Source of the DNA: Antechinus flavipes
Lineage: Eukaryota
Direction: 5' to 3'
Length of the DNA stretch: 64,000 nt
Assembly: GCF_016432865.1 (NCBI RefSeq)
Contig: NC_067403.1
Location: 79,856,001-79,920,000, forward strand
A model generated the notes under the pieces. It searched no databases, was not told where the DNA came from, and saw only the letters and a list, made by a program, of their open reading frames with translations. This document shows, piece by piece, positions 1 through 11,856 of the stretch. The stretch's first letter is position 1, and each line of letters starts with the position of its first letter. The position numbers were made by a program, and so were the translations under genes.

Positions 1-194
1 TGCTTTGACAACCTTCAAGTGCCATAGAAAAATGAATTATTTTTAAGAGGTGTAAACAAAATGCTATGACTTGGTCAAAGGTACATAGGTATCCGTAGCA
101 CACATATCCAATAAGGAGAAGACACACAGATGGTTACACATGATTATTAGGAGAATTAGAATAAGGATTTTGCAATCATTAAAGTACTTTATCA

Positions 195-320
195 ATATCA
201 ATAGTGATAGTGGTAGTGGTGGTATAGTAGTAGTAGAAGTAGTAATAATAATAGAAATAAAAATAGTAATAGTAGAAGTAGTGGTAATAATTGTTGCTGC
301 TATTGTTGTTGTTACTAATA
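195..320. repeat. Degenerate (AGT)n/(AAT)n trinucleotide low-complexity repeat
   Basis: agtgatagtggtagtggtggtatagtagtagtagaagtagtaataata... Confidence 0.8.
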
Positions 321-629
321 TTTTGGATGATAGAGTTGAGATGCAAAAAATATCAAGTCATTGGAATAAATCTAATAGAATGAAAGTTAATACCTTAGAA
401 TATACCTATTAAGAATAAGAAGACTGTCTCTGAAATCAGAAGACTGACTTCAAATCTTAGCTTAGCCATTTCCTGCCTACATGACTTCAGGCAAGTAACA
501 ACCTTGTTGGGTCTCAATTGTCTCATTTGTAAAGCTGAGAAGGTTGGACTGGAGGTTCAGCTCTAAGACTATAAAGTCTTAAAGCTTGCAAAAAAAAAAT
601 CAACTTCAAAAATACATTTTGAAAACAGA

Positions 630-930
630 TAATAGTCATATGTTTACTATGTTCTAGACACTGTGAACACAATGAAAAGTGAAAGAGAATCCTCCTTCTC
701 GAAGAGTTTACAATCTAATGAAGAAGACAACATGCAGACAAATATATGCAATGCAAGTTATTGAGGATAAATAGGAAATAAATCAACAAAGGGAAGAAGA
801 ATTAAGAGGGTTTGAGAAATGCTATTTGTAGAAGAAGTTTTAGTTGGGATTTGAATAAAGCTAATTCATCTGAAAAAGAAAAGAAATGAGCAAAAATGGG
901 AGAGAGGAGAGTATTTTAGGGTTGCTGTGA
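630..930 (-). mobile_element. L2 3' fragment
   Basis: ctatgttctagacactg..gagtttacaatctaatg..agacaacatgcagacaaat resembles the reverse L2 3' end. Confidence 0.6.
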
Positions 931-2849
931 TATATATGACATGCGTATGACTCAATAATATTTATGTGTATAAATGCTTTTTTGCTTTAGGTGGTTTTTC
1001 GTCTTTTTGTGAGAATGTCAGGGCTAAGTGACTTGCCAGGGTCATACAGCTAATGAGTGTTAAGTATCTGAGGTCAATTCGAATTCAACTCCTAATTTCA
1101 GGACCAGTGCTCTATCCACTGCATTACATAGCTGTCCCAGCGTAGGTGCTTTTTAAGACCTGGTGTAGTTAAGTAACTTGTTCGCAGTCATGAAGTCATT
1201 TAATACTTGCTCTGAGCTGTATTTCAAATCCAAGTCCTCTTCCTCCAAATCCAGAGCAATTTCCATTGAACCATGCTAAAGGATGGTTGGAAAGCTAAGC
1301 CAAACAGGAGATATATCAGAACCACCTCAGTCTTGTTGCTCAGAGGAGGAAGAAATCTCGTAGGAGATTTAGTGAGTGCCCCTCTGTTTGCAGGCATTCA
1401 GGAAAGTTGTTCTCAGGCACATCATAAGTCAGATAAAAAAGAGGCTTCTCCAGGTACTCTCCCTTGCATCCCTTCCAAATGATGCCCCAGTTCAACAGCA
1501 TAAGATGAGTGTAGATCTACATATGGCTTTAGTTCGGAAGAGGAGTTTAGTGTTTCTATTCCCTGAAACTTAAGAGTAAATCATGGAGCACCTGAAGGCA
1601 GAGCATTTTCCATAATGACTCACTCCCAGCCTCAATGTTTCTTCATGGTGAAATTTTTCCTTGCCCATATGTGTTCCTTGTGGATCAGTTCTTCCCCATT
1701 CCTATTTTTTAAAACCAGACTTGTAATTTCATTATAAGAAACTCTTGGCAAGAGTTTTTCTCCAACAATGCAAATCGGTACCTTCTTAATTTGTAGTTCT
1801 AGGGAGCTGCCTGGAGTAACTTTGAGATTTAAGTGAATTGTCCAGAGTCACTGTTTATGTTTGAGTCTCCCGGATCCTAAAGCTAGCCATCCTTCCCAAA
1901 CGTCACTGCTTCTCAATGCTATAGTATTTATTAAGTGCTTTCAATGAGTCAAGCACTGTGCTAAGCCTTGGAGCCACAAAGAAGAAACATGACCATCAAA
2001 GCTGTCAAGGAGTGTAAATCTTATACTGTAGAGTGGGATTCAGGCAACATGCTGGTTTGTAGAATGATTATATAGTAGATCAGATTCAGAATCTTGTCTT
2101 TGCATTCCCAGCACACAGTGCAGGGACTTGCATATAGGAGATGCTCCTTGAAGTAAAGGACAACCTTCCCCGCTCTTGAAAACATAACTGGGGCACCTCC
2201 AGTACAGTAGCTTAGAATATTGGGCTTTGGGGAAGAGGACTCTGGAAGGTCACAGGAAATATTGCCTCCCTTAGTCATATAAATTCATTGGGAATTCTAT
2301 CCTAGGTGGTAGTATCCTCAGTACCTCAGTATATAGAAGGCACTTAGAAATGCTTATTGATTGAGGGATTTCAGACAGCCAAGGCTCACAGTTGGCTTTT
2401 TATCATCTGAGGACTACTCAGCTGCAAAAACATTGAGCAGTGGGATTCACTGCATAGAGCCAAATATTGATGATCCCTAGCAATTGTAGGCTGCTATTTG
2501 TCCATTGCCTGCAGACAAATTTAGGTCCCAAGTGAGGGAAAACAGCCGGCAGGCACCTGGAACTATGTTCCTGGCAGCCACGAGCTGTTGTTATAATTTC
2601 CTACGGGCTGGCAAATTCTAATGGCATCTCTAATCCAGGGAAATCTGGTACCCAGTTTTCTGTTTTATGGCATCGAGTCGTGATGGCTTTCACAGAGCTT
2701 CAAGGGTTTTTCTTCTCCAGCCCAGCAGGGCTGTCCCAGTTTCCCGCAGTTACTGGATTCTCAGGGAACCTATGTTGAAATTGAAGGTGTGTTTTTCCTG
2801 GGGATGACTCTTTAAAAATAATTTAGAAAATAATAACAATTGTATTTCT

Positions 2850-3390
2850 ATAATGTTTTTCTTTTAAAAATTTACTTAGTTTCACATGCATTTATAATCT
2901 GTTCTATTAACCCCCCCTAGTGAACAATAACAAACCCCAAAATAATATCCTCATCATATTCATAATCCAGCAAATGAATTCCTATATTGGCCACGCACCC
3001 AAATATCTCTTCATTTATGGTTCATGCCATTTCAGATAAGAACTAAGTAGCATATTTCATCTTCAGTCTTCTGGATCTGTGGTTATGAGTACTAATAAGA
3101 GTTCTCAAGTCTCAAAATTGCTTTTCTCTGTAAGGTTGTGGTCCCTGTGTGAACTATTTTTCTGGTTCTGCTCATGTAAGTCATTTGGTCATTTCTTATG
3201 GCACAATAATATTCATCATTATATTCCTGTGCCATACTTTGGTTAATGGCATCCTTGGAACATCCCTCTTTCAACTGCCAATGAGAAGACTTCCCTCTCC
3301 CCCATCTTTGTTTTCAATTTTGGGCTTCTGTGAAAAAGAGTAGTATTGGGTCCTTTTCTTCTTTGATCTCTTCTGGGTATAGCTGAAACA
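2850..3390 (-). mobile_element. Old L1 3' end fragment
   Basis: cttatggcacaataatattc..ttcaattttgggcttctgtgaaaaagag..gggtccttttc..gatctcttctgggtatag resembles the reverse marsupial L1 ORF2 end/3' UTR. Confidence 0.6.
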
Positions 3391-4816
3391 AATGCAGACC
3401 TTAGTAATCTGGGGACATGGTTCCAAATCACCACAGTACTATTTGAAGGTCTGCAAACTGCTTTTTACATTATCTCATTTTATGCTCACAACAATCCTGT
3501 GAAATGGGTACATTGCTCTTATTTTACAGAAACTAAGACTGAGGATCCGAGAAGTTCAGTTTGACCAAAGTGACATAGCTACTGTGTGTCTAAAGCTGGA
3601 GTCAAACTCATCTTCCTCCCTCAGTCCAGCATTCCCTCTCTTATCACTTAAATTTAATAATAGCATTTTTTAAACATCAGGCACTATGCCAAGCAGTTTC
3701 CATTTATCATCACATTTTATCCTTACAACAACCCTAGGGGACAGGATTATCCCCATTTTATAATCAAGGAAACTAAGGCAGATAGATTGACTTGCCCAGG
3801 GTCACACAGCTAGTAAATGATAGGACCAGATTTACACTCAGATCTTTCTGACAAAACCCAGTTCTCTATCCAGTGAACCACCTAACTGCCCTTCCATTCA
3901 GGATAATGCTATTTTGCTATAAAGATAGTCTCATCTCGTCTTCTTCCTTCCGAATATCCCCTTCCAGATGAAGCTTGTCATTAGAGGGAAGCATCTTTGG
4001 GGCAGCAGGGCCCCCTCAAAGTCATGAGGATCCCCCTCGTTTTTATGATCTAGGTCTCTGCATGAGAACACCCAGACACCTCCCTAGAGCATCATCATCT
4101 ATGACTTCATGACAAGGATATCAGTTTCTCTTTCGATGTGCTATCCCACCACAGCTCTGGAGCACCTGGAAGTTGGCATCTGGAAGCTATACAGACGATG
4201 AGTAAATTTTAAAAAGCCATTAATGACACGCTCCAGAGGAAAGCTGTGTGAAGTTGCTGCAATCAGCATTCAATCAGAACAGAGAGCCTGATGTGAACTG
4301 CCCATCCTTGCCCTGGACACCATGGTAACAGGAAAACATGAAGGACACAAATGGGGAGAAAGAAAAATTAAGCAAGGAAGATGATCAATTACTTGTCTTC
4401 CATTTTCTAGGTTTCTAGACCAATCTACCTGGCCTACCTCTTTTTATATATTTCCTCCTATTCCTTTTTCTCTGTCCTTTAGACCAGTCTAATCAATCTC
4501 AATTTTTACTAGTTTAGATGGCTCATTTTAATCTCAGCAGCCTTATTTGATCTGATTTCTCATTTCACAGCTTCCATTAACTCTGTTTGTCATTGTTTGA
4601 TTCTTATTTAGGATTTAGAGCTGGAATAATCTTAAATTATAAGGGAATCCAGGGGATTTAAAATCCATGAACATACTTAAAAAAATTTTTTTTGAAAATT
4701 TTATTTTGATATGATTGGTTTTCTTTGCAATCCTACATCTTTTGTGAATTTGAAAATATTATTCTGAGAAAAGCTCCATAGATGCTTGACCCAAATGCCA
4801 AAGTGGTCCATGGTAA

Positions 4817-4849
<33 letters not shown>

Positions 4850-4887
4850 GTGGGGGGAGGGAGGGAGTGTTAAGAATCTCTGTTCCA

Positions 4888-5037
4888 GGGGGTAGCTAGA
4901 TAACACAATGGGTATAGCACCAGCCCTGAAGTCAGGAGGACCTGAGTTCAAATCTGGTCTCAGATACCTAACACTCCCTAGCTGTGTGACCCTGGGCAAG
5001 TCACTTAACCCCAATTGCCTCAGAAAAAAAAAAAAAA
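4888..5037 (+). mobile_element. WSINE1/SINE1-like CORE-SINE with polyA tail
   Basis: tRNA-like head gggggtagctaga..cagccctgaagtcaggaggacctgagttcaaat, core ..gcaagtcacttaaccccaattgcctc, then polyA. Near-TSD AAGAATCTCTGTTC (4872-4885) / AAGAATCTGTTC (5036-5047). Confidence 0.9.
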
Positions 5038-5149
5038 GAATCTGTTCTGGTCCAATACAAGGAAACCAAAACCCAGAGATGGGAAAGGATTGCCCAAGAG
5101 AACTCATTTGACAAGTGACAGCTTCTCTTGATTTTCTAGACTTGGACAC

Positions 5150-5690
5150 CATGCTTCAACTGTCATTTCACCCTGGAACTTCCTTTGAGGTTGGAGCCTC
5201 CTGGTCCTGGAACATCCATCTTCCCCTGTTGCCTTCTCACCCATCTTCTATGCCAGCCCCCTTCTCTTATTGATGGATTCTTCCCAGAGCCTCCATTTTA
5301 AGGAAGAACCCAGGTCAGCCAATCTTTAGTCTTTTCCTGGCTCTGCTGCTGACTTTGCAGACTTTGACACCATGCCTCAGCTGCCAACTTTACTCAGAAC
5401 CTCACCCTGAAATAGCTTTCTGCGGTACTAACTCCCTTATCTCATTGCTGAGTTCTTCCATGGCTTTCACTTTGAGGAAGGACACAAGCTGGCCAAACTT
5501 CATTCCCGTCTTGGCTCAGTTTGACTTTCTCTACTTCTTACCATGCCTTTCCATGAGTCTCTTCCTCCCCTTTCTCCTACCATTTTAGCTCCCTCTAATG
5601 TACCATGTTCCCCCATTAGAATATAAATTTCTTGAGGTCAAGGACTGTCTTTTTGCTTGTGTTTATATTCCCAGTGCTTTAAAACGTTTA
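5150..5690 (+). mobile_element. L2 3' fragment
   Basis: ccccattagaatataaatttcttgaggtcaaggactgtctttttgcttgtgtttatattcccagtgc is a typical L2 terminus. Confidence 0.65.
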
Positions 5691-6080
5691 TTGCTTTGCC
5701 TTGTTGCCAGGAACAGCATCTGAATTCAATGAACTGACATGGAGTCCTCTGATTCCAAATTGAGTTCTTTCCATTTCAACTTCACTTAGTCCAGGAAGTC
5801 TTTCCCTAGGACACCTGCCTCTCCATTAATTTTCTTTTTTTATATTGTTAGAATTTTTGAGGGTGCTCAAATTTCAAAGTCGATGTCAATGGATCATAGA
5901 TTTTCAGCTCATTTAGGCTAATACTCAGATGAGAAAACTGGGGCCCAGGAACTTTCAGTGACATTCAGAAAGTGGAGAGATTGGGAGTTGAACAGGGCTA
6001 GAATTTGAAGCAAAGTGTCTTGACTCTAAAACTAACATGCTTTTTTTCCTACACTGTACTACATTCAGTCCTGTAAGCAT

Positions 6081-6510
6081 TTCTTTCTTTTTTCTCCAAG
6101 TAGTATTTTATTTTTCCAAATACATGAAAAGATAATTTTCAATATTCATTTTTGTGCTACAAATTTTTTTTCTCCTTCCTTCTAGCACCTCTCCTCTCCC
6201 AAGACAGCAAGTAATGTGATATAGGTTATACATGCACAATCCTTTTAGACAATTTCTGTATTTGTCATGTTGTGCAAGACAAATCAGACCAAAAGGGGAA
6301 AAAACACAACAAATAAAAAGTAAGCAAACAAAAAAAAGATGAAAATATCATGTTTTAATCTACAATCTCCATTGTTCTCTGCCTGGATGTGGATGGCATT
6401 TTCCATCCCAAATCTATTGGAATTGTCTTGGATCACCGTATTGCTGAGAAGAACTAAATCCACCATAGTTAATCATCACATAATCATCTGCAAGCATTTC
6501 TTAAGGCTTC
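6081..6510 (-). mobile_element. L1 3' UTR fragment
   Basis: ttttatttttccaaatacatg..ataattttcaa..ttccatcccaaatctattggaattgtcttggatcaccgtattgctgagaagaactaa. Confidence 0.85.
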
Positions 6511-7029
6511 TCACAGGCCATCACTATATTAGGTGTTGGCAAGACAAAAACAAAATAGACTCTGCCTTCAAATAGCTTACACTGTACTAGATTCAATGAG
6601 GTAAAGATGGGGAAGGAGAGCATTCTAGGGATGGAGCACTGCCTGTGCAAAAGTATGGAGGCCAGAGATGTAATAAACTGAGTCTTGTTTTTATGCCAAA
6701 CAGTACGAGAATGATCTGTGTTCTTTGTTCAAGACACTAGGCATGGAAGCCGACACCATGCTGAGGCAGCCCCATTCAAAGGAAGTTTTCCTTGTAGCTA
6801 TCTAATTGAACTGGCGTGTAATAAGTAAATAATAACAACCACACATTTAAATGCTCAAATGCTCACTGTTTAAAAAATCTCAGAGCATTATAGTGCTATA
6901 TAATTTATTTATTTTCTTTCTCAGTGATGTGGGGGGGTGAGGAGAAGTCCCCAATAAAGTGAGATTGACTTTCTGAAGGGTTGGACCAAGGGCTTTCAAT
7001 ACTCAACTTTAAAAACTTCTTTCTTGAAA

Positions 7030-7460
7030 ACCCAGGAAGATTTATATGAACTGATGCAAAGTGAAGTGAGAAGAATCAGGAGAACTGTTATATAGTAACA
7101 GTAACATTATAAGGATGATCAGTTGTAAAAGACTTAGCTTTTCTGATCAAGACAATAATCCAAGACAATTCCAAAGAAGCCATGATGAAAAATATTCTCT
7201 CTCTTCCAAAAGAGAGCTGTTGAACTTGAAAGAAGATTGAAGCACACTTTCTTACTTTACTGGGAAATGATGTCTATTTTCTTTTGCGATATGGCTCATG
7301 TGGAAATGTTTTTTCATGACTTCACAGGTATCATCAATATCAAGTGGTCTGCCTTTCTTTTCCAAGTAAGGAGCAGGAAGGAGAATTTGGAATGAATTTT
7401 TTTAAATGAATAATTTTTTTACATATTAATAGAAAATATTTAATGAAATAAAAATATATT
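7030..7460 (+). mobile_element. L1/HAL1 3' UTR fragment
   Basis: ggaagatttatatgaactgatgcaaagtgaagtgagaagaatcaggagaac..caagacaattccaaag..atgatgaaaaat. Confidence 0.8.
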
Positions 7461-8860
7461 AGAGGAATTTTTTTCATGTTTTGAAATATATATATATATA
7501 TGTCACCGGGTACATATTTCTTTTAGGATAAAATACTAAGGAGTCCTCAGCTTTGTATTCAAAGCCTTTTATAATCTGGCTCATTAAGACTAAGACTGAG
7601 CAAAAACATTAAGTTGTCTCATCCCTAAATTTTGAATCTTCATTTCCCATGTTGTTTACAAGTTATAAAACTTCCCTTTTCCATCAAACAGTAAACATGA
7701 CCCAAACAGATTGTCAGGGCAGATGGAGAGAAAACTAGGACCAGCCTTTGTGAAGTGGTGAGCTTATCACCAACCATACTGGCCATGTTGTAGATAAGGT
7801 TGTCACTATGTTCCAGCAAAACAGGCAGCTCTCCATGTGATATGATATGAAAGGTGCCAAAAAAAAAACAAAACAACAAAAAAAAAAACAAACCCTGCTG
7901 CCCCAAATCATATGCTATGGTGCATTAAATTCTTGTGATACTTTGGGTCAGGAACTAGAAAGTTCCTTTCAACATGTAGAGGTCACTGAGCCATTAAAGC
8001 ACAATTGGTCATTAATACTCAAGTAGAATTACTTTATCAGATTAGCCAGTCAGTCACCTAGCCAACAGCTTGGCTGATCTCATCAGTGGAAATTAAACTA
8101 TATCTTAAACATACATGTGCTCACTGACTCAAGATCAATACTATGCACAATGTAAGCTCAATAAATATTTCTAGCCTTGTGAACTTTCAGAAGTCACTTA
8201 ATTTCAATTTCTTCATCTGTAAAATGCACCATAATAGTACTTACAGTATTTATTATTGAGGCATGTTGTGAGCAAAGTATGATATTAATCTTAAACTTAT
8301 TTTTATTATTTGTTCCATCAAGTAATAAAGTTAATGAAAATATTGCCTTATTCTTGTATAAGACAGTGATACTCCTATAACTTAATTATTGAATTTTAGT
8401 CTGAAAGTGGAAGACCAGTAGTTCAGAAGTAAGAAGATAAAAATTCTTATTGAGACCTGACTTTAATTAGGGCAACCTACAGCTAATTTCTCCTTTTCTT
8501 TGGACCTCAGTTTTCTCTTCTCTAAAATAGGATTGTGGGGCAGAGTTGATCTCTCAGATTCCAAACTGCTTGAGGGATTACTCTTTGAGGAATTTAAATA
8601 TCTTCTGCCTCTAAAAGTAAGGGGGAGGAGGGAGGAATGCTTTAAATTATTGATGTTCCAAAAGAAATCAACTAAAATGATCAAAGAAATTTGAAGAACC
8701 ACTGTAGGATGATACACTTTAAAATTATAGCCTTTTAGTCAAGAAAGGATATGTGACTGAAGTTTATAGAATCATGAAAAAGTTTTGTCAGAGGAACATG
8801 GGTATACTCCCCAAATCATGAAATGTAAAACCTAGGGGGTACTCAAATCTTTTCAGAATA

Positions 8861-9100
8861 TTGTTGTGTTTAGTTGCATCCAATTCTTTGTGATCTCATT
8901 TGGGGCTTTCTTGTCAAAAATACTGGAATGATATGCTATTTCTTTCTCCTACTCATTTTACAGATGAGCAAATTGAGACAAATTGGGTTCAGTGACTTGT
9001 TGAGGATTACACAGCTAGTAAGTGTTGGAGGTCAGATTTGAATTCAAGAGTTTTCCTACCTTGAATTCCATACTATATCTACCATGCCACCTGGCTGCCT
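8861..9100 (-). mobile_element. Mar1-like CORE-SINE (BovB-type tail)
   Basis: Reverse tail ttggggctttcttgtcaaaaatactggaatg..tttctcc, followed by the CORE attttacagatgag..gtgacttg..acacagctag. Confidence 0.8.
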
Positions 9101-9198
9101 TTCTGAGTGTACAGTGGAGATAAACTGAAAATCATAACTTAGAAAGATGGTACTAGCTAGAATCTTACCTAGATTCAAAGAAAGCTTATACTGATAGG

Positions 9199-9441
9199 CA
9201 GGGATGGACTGGTAAATATTTAGCAACCAGTTAGCAAAAACAATTAAGCATGACATACTTTTAATTTTGATCTGCATTACGGATCCTTTCTTTATCACAT
9301 TCTCAAATCTAGGCAATCAATAGAATGAGAAATCAAGCCCTGATTTGCAGTATTTTCTAATTTCCAGAGTGTAAATTCTGGTGTTAAAATTTAACAATCA
9401 CTTTCCATGGGCTGGTCTGAGCTGGCTTCAGCCCATCACTG
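9199..9441. mobile_element. Non-autonomous hAT-type DNA element (Joey1-like) with TIRs
   Basis: Left CAGGGATGGACTGG versus reverse complement of right end CAGTGATGGGCTGA (11/14). Internal ctggtaaatatttagcaaccag is shared with the copy at ~22070. Confidence 0.65.
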
Positions 9442-9483
9442 GTGTAGGTGCATGATGCAAATTGCAAAGCTCTGTTTATTTTT

Positions 9484-9837
9484 NNNNNNNNNNNNNNNNN
9501 NNNNNNNNNNNNNNNNNNNNNNNNNNNNNNNNNNNNNNNNNNNNNNNNNNNNNNNNNNNNNNNNNNNNNNNNNNNNNNNNNNNNNNNNNNNNNNNNNNNN
9601 NNNNNNNNNNNNNNNNNNNNNNNNNNNNNNNNNNNNNNNNNNNNNNNNNNNNNNNNNNNNNNNNNNNNNNNNNNNNNNNNNNNNNNNNNNNNNNNNNNNN
9701 NNNNNNNNNNNNNNNNNNNNNNNNNNNNNNNNNNNNNNNNNNNNNNNNNNNNNNNNNNNNNNNNNNNNNNNNNNNNNNNNNNNNNNNNNNNNNNNNNNNN
9801 NNNNNNNNNNNNNNNNNNNNNNNNNNNNNNNNNNNNN
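9484..9837. other. Assembly gap (N run)
   Basis: Ns. Other gaps: 13687-13847, 20284-20858, 38198-38390, 48599-48949, 61577-61792. Confidence 1.
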
Positions 9838-10968
9838 AGTTCCACTCTAATTTAGGGCATTATTTCCTCTTATTTAGACTATCACAATAATTTCCTAAGT
9901 GGTCTTCTCACTTCTGGTTCAGTTAACCATGTTCCTACCCACTGGGAGGGCATACTTCTGCCCGGTACTGAGGATAATTCCCACAAGTCACCTCATTATA
10001 CTTGGCTAGCCTGGATTGCTAGGTAACCACTCCCGGGCTGCCACACCTTTTCCTCCTACCTGCCCTGAGGAAGGAAACCAGTTACTCTTTCTTGGGTTAA
10101 CTGCACCCTAAAATGGCATATCCTTTGTGTGGTTGCCCCAACCCTTACTCCAAACTGGTTTTGCTCTCAATGAAAAAAAAAAAACAAAAAAAAACCAGCT
10201 CAATTATGTCTCCATTCTAATCTCTCCCCTCTCCAGTTCTGCTTCTGGAATTGAAGGCTTTCCAGAACCCTGCTCCTTTCTAAGCCAGAGGAAGAAAGAA
10301 GAAAGTTAGATTTCTATCCCGAAGAGTCTTCCTTGCCCTTCCCCTTGCAGTTTCCGGATCTGCCAGGCTCCGAGCCGCCACGCTCAGACGTTGCGCCTTC
10401 AAGCCATCGAGGTCTCAATGTTTGTCTAGTTAACAAGTCTCTGAGAAAGCTTCCATTTTCTTGCGTCTGCAGCGTCACGCTGAGAAGCCAGCCACGGGAG
10501 CAGAGTTTTCAGCGGAGCTCTTCACGGATATTCATCTCTGTAACAAACCCAAGCGGGAGGGAAATTGCCCATTTCACTCCTTTGGTGCTGAGTGTTGGGG
10601 ATGGGGACGATACGGAGCCTCCAGCCTCTTGGAAAATCAGCGGTGAGAGGCCCTGCTCACCGATTCATAGAATGTTACTGACCATCTAGTCAGGAGAGGA
10701 GGTCAATGGCGCGCAGATAATAAGCAAGAACTCGAACCCAACTTCTCTGATTCCAGATAGCAAACATTACTTATCTGCCTTGGATTCTATCTGAGTAAAT
10801 GTTTGCTCTGATATGTAATTCTGGTTTGGTCAGGAAAATTCAATAGAAATGGGGGTTCATCGGTTATGAATTGAGGTGGATAATTACACGCTTGAGCGCT
10901 GTAGACTTGTGAGTAGCCCATAGGGGCAATATTGGGGTGTCCTCAGGTGCTACATGTATGACTAGTGT

Positions 10969-11125
10969 CAGGGGCATCTAGGTGGCTCAGTAGATAGAGC
11001 ATGAAGTGAGGAGGACTTGGAGTTCAAATCTGGTCTCAGACATTTAACAATTCCTATCTGTGTGACCCGGGGCAAGTCACTTAACCCCAATTGCCTCAGA
11101 AGAAAAAACAAAAACAAAAAACAAA
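10969..11125 (+). mobile_element. WSINE1/SINE1-like CORE-SINE with perfect 12-bp TSD
   Basis: ggggcatctaggtggctcagtagatagagc..aaccccaattgcctc with an A-rich tail. TSD TATGACTAGTGT at 10957-10968 and 11126-11137. Confidence 0.92.
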
Positions 11126-11169
11126 TATGACTAGTGTTTCCAAACCTTGTAGGGCAGATAGATGGCACA

Positions 11170-11395
11170 GTTTATGGAGTATTAATCCTGGAGGCAGGAA
11201 GACTCACTTGCCAGAGTTCAAATCCACCCTCAAACACTTAATAGCTTTGTGACTCTGGGCAAATCACTTAATCTTGTTTGCCTTGGTTTCTTCATCTATA
11301 AAAGGAGCTAAAGAAAGACATGGCAATCCACTCTAGTATCTTTACTGAGAAAACACTAAATAGGGTCACTGTCAGAGATGACTGAACGACTCAGT
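11170..11395 (+). mobile_element. Mar1-like CORE-SINE
   Basis: CORE followed by aaagacatggcaatccactctagtatctttactgagaaaacactaaatagggtca..gactgaacgac (BovB-like tail). Confidence 0.8.
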
Positions 11396-11719
11396 CTGAC
11401 TCCCACCCCTTACTAATGTAAATGTTCTCTCTCCCACCCCATATTCTCTCCTTCCCAAAATTGTCTTTTATTAACATGTCTATTCCATAGTCCCTTTCCG
11501 ATTCCCCTCTCTTCCTATAAAGAAAGACCTTGAGTGTGGGGACTGTTTTGTCTTCACTGATTTTTTTATTTCCCTTGCTTAGAATGATTCACTGTACTTA
11601 GCCAATTTTTAGTAAATGCTGATTCGAATTGGATACACTCCCATGTTTGAATTTAAACATTTAGAAATACGCTTTCTCCCACCTCCCCAAATGCAAGTGG
11701 AGATTGCAGTGCTACTCAC

Positions 11720-11758
11720 ATGACTGTAAAGCACTTTGAGATCCTTGACTAGAAGGCA
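11720..11758 (-). CDS. TMEM154: TMEM154 coding exon 3 (V-PSSQGSQSALQS)
   Basis: Acceptor ttttgttttgttcttatatacAG|TG and donor TCAT|GTGAGT; 39 nt, phase 1 to 1. Encodes PSSQGSQSALQS versus recalled human PSSQGSQSALQT. Too short for the ORF track. Confidence 0.93.
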
Positions 11759-11856
11759 CTGTATATAAGAACAAAACAAAACAAAACTTTATTATTAACA
11801 TAATCTTAACATTCAAAGTAATTGTCTGCTGTGGAAACCCACACTTAAATACTTAC

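Noticed and set aside
4888-4960. tRNA-like A/B boxes in SINE heads
   Set aside because: They belong to tRNA-derived SINEs; no cloverleaf tRNA gene, snRNA or rRNA copy was seen.
5761-5800. Minus-strand SEVEMER peptide resembling the TMEM154 tail MEIEMEE
   Set aside because: It lies in an L2/MIR remnant, flanking residues do not match, and there are no splice sites.
9169-9190. 22-nt candidate exon (cctatcAG|..AG|GTAAGA) in intron 3
   Set aside because: It gives T|TA TAA (Leu-stop), does not resemble the expected next TMEM154 exon, and has no independent support.
9384-9890. X-filled ORFs here and at ~13600, 20200, 38200, 48500 and 61550
   Set aside because: Artefacts of assembly N-gaps.
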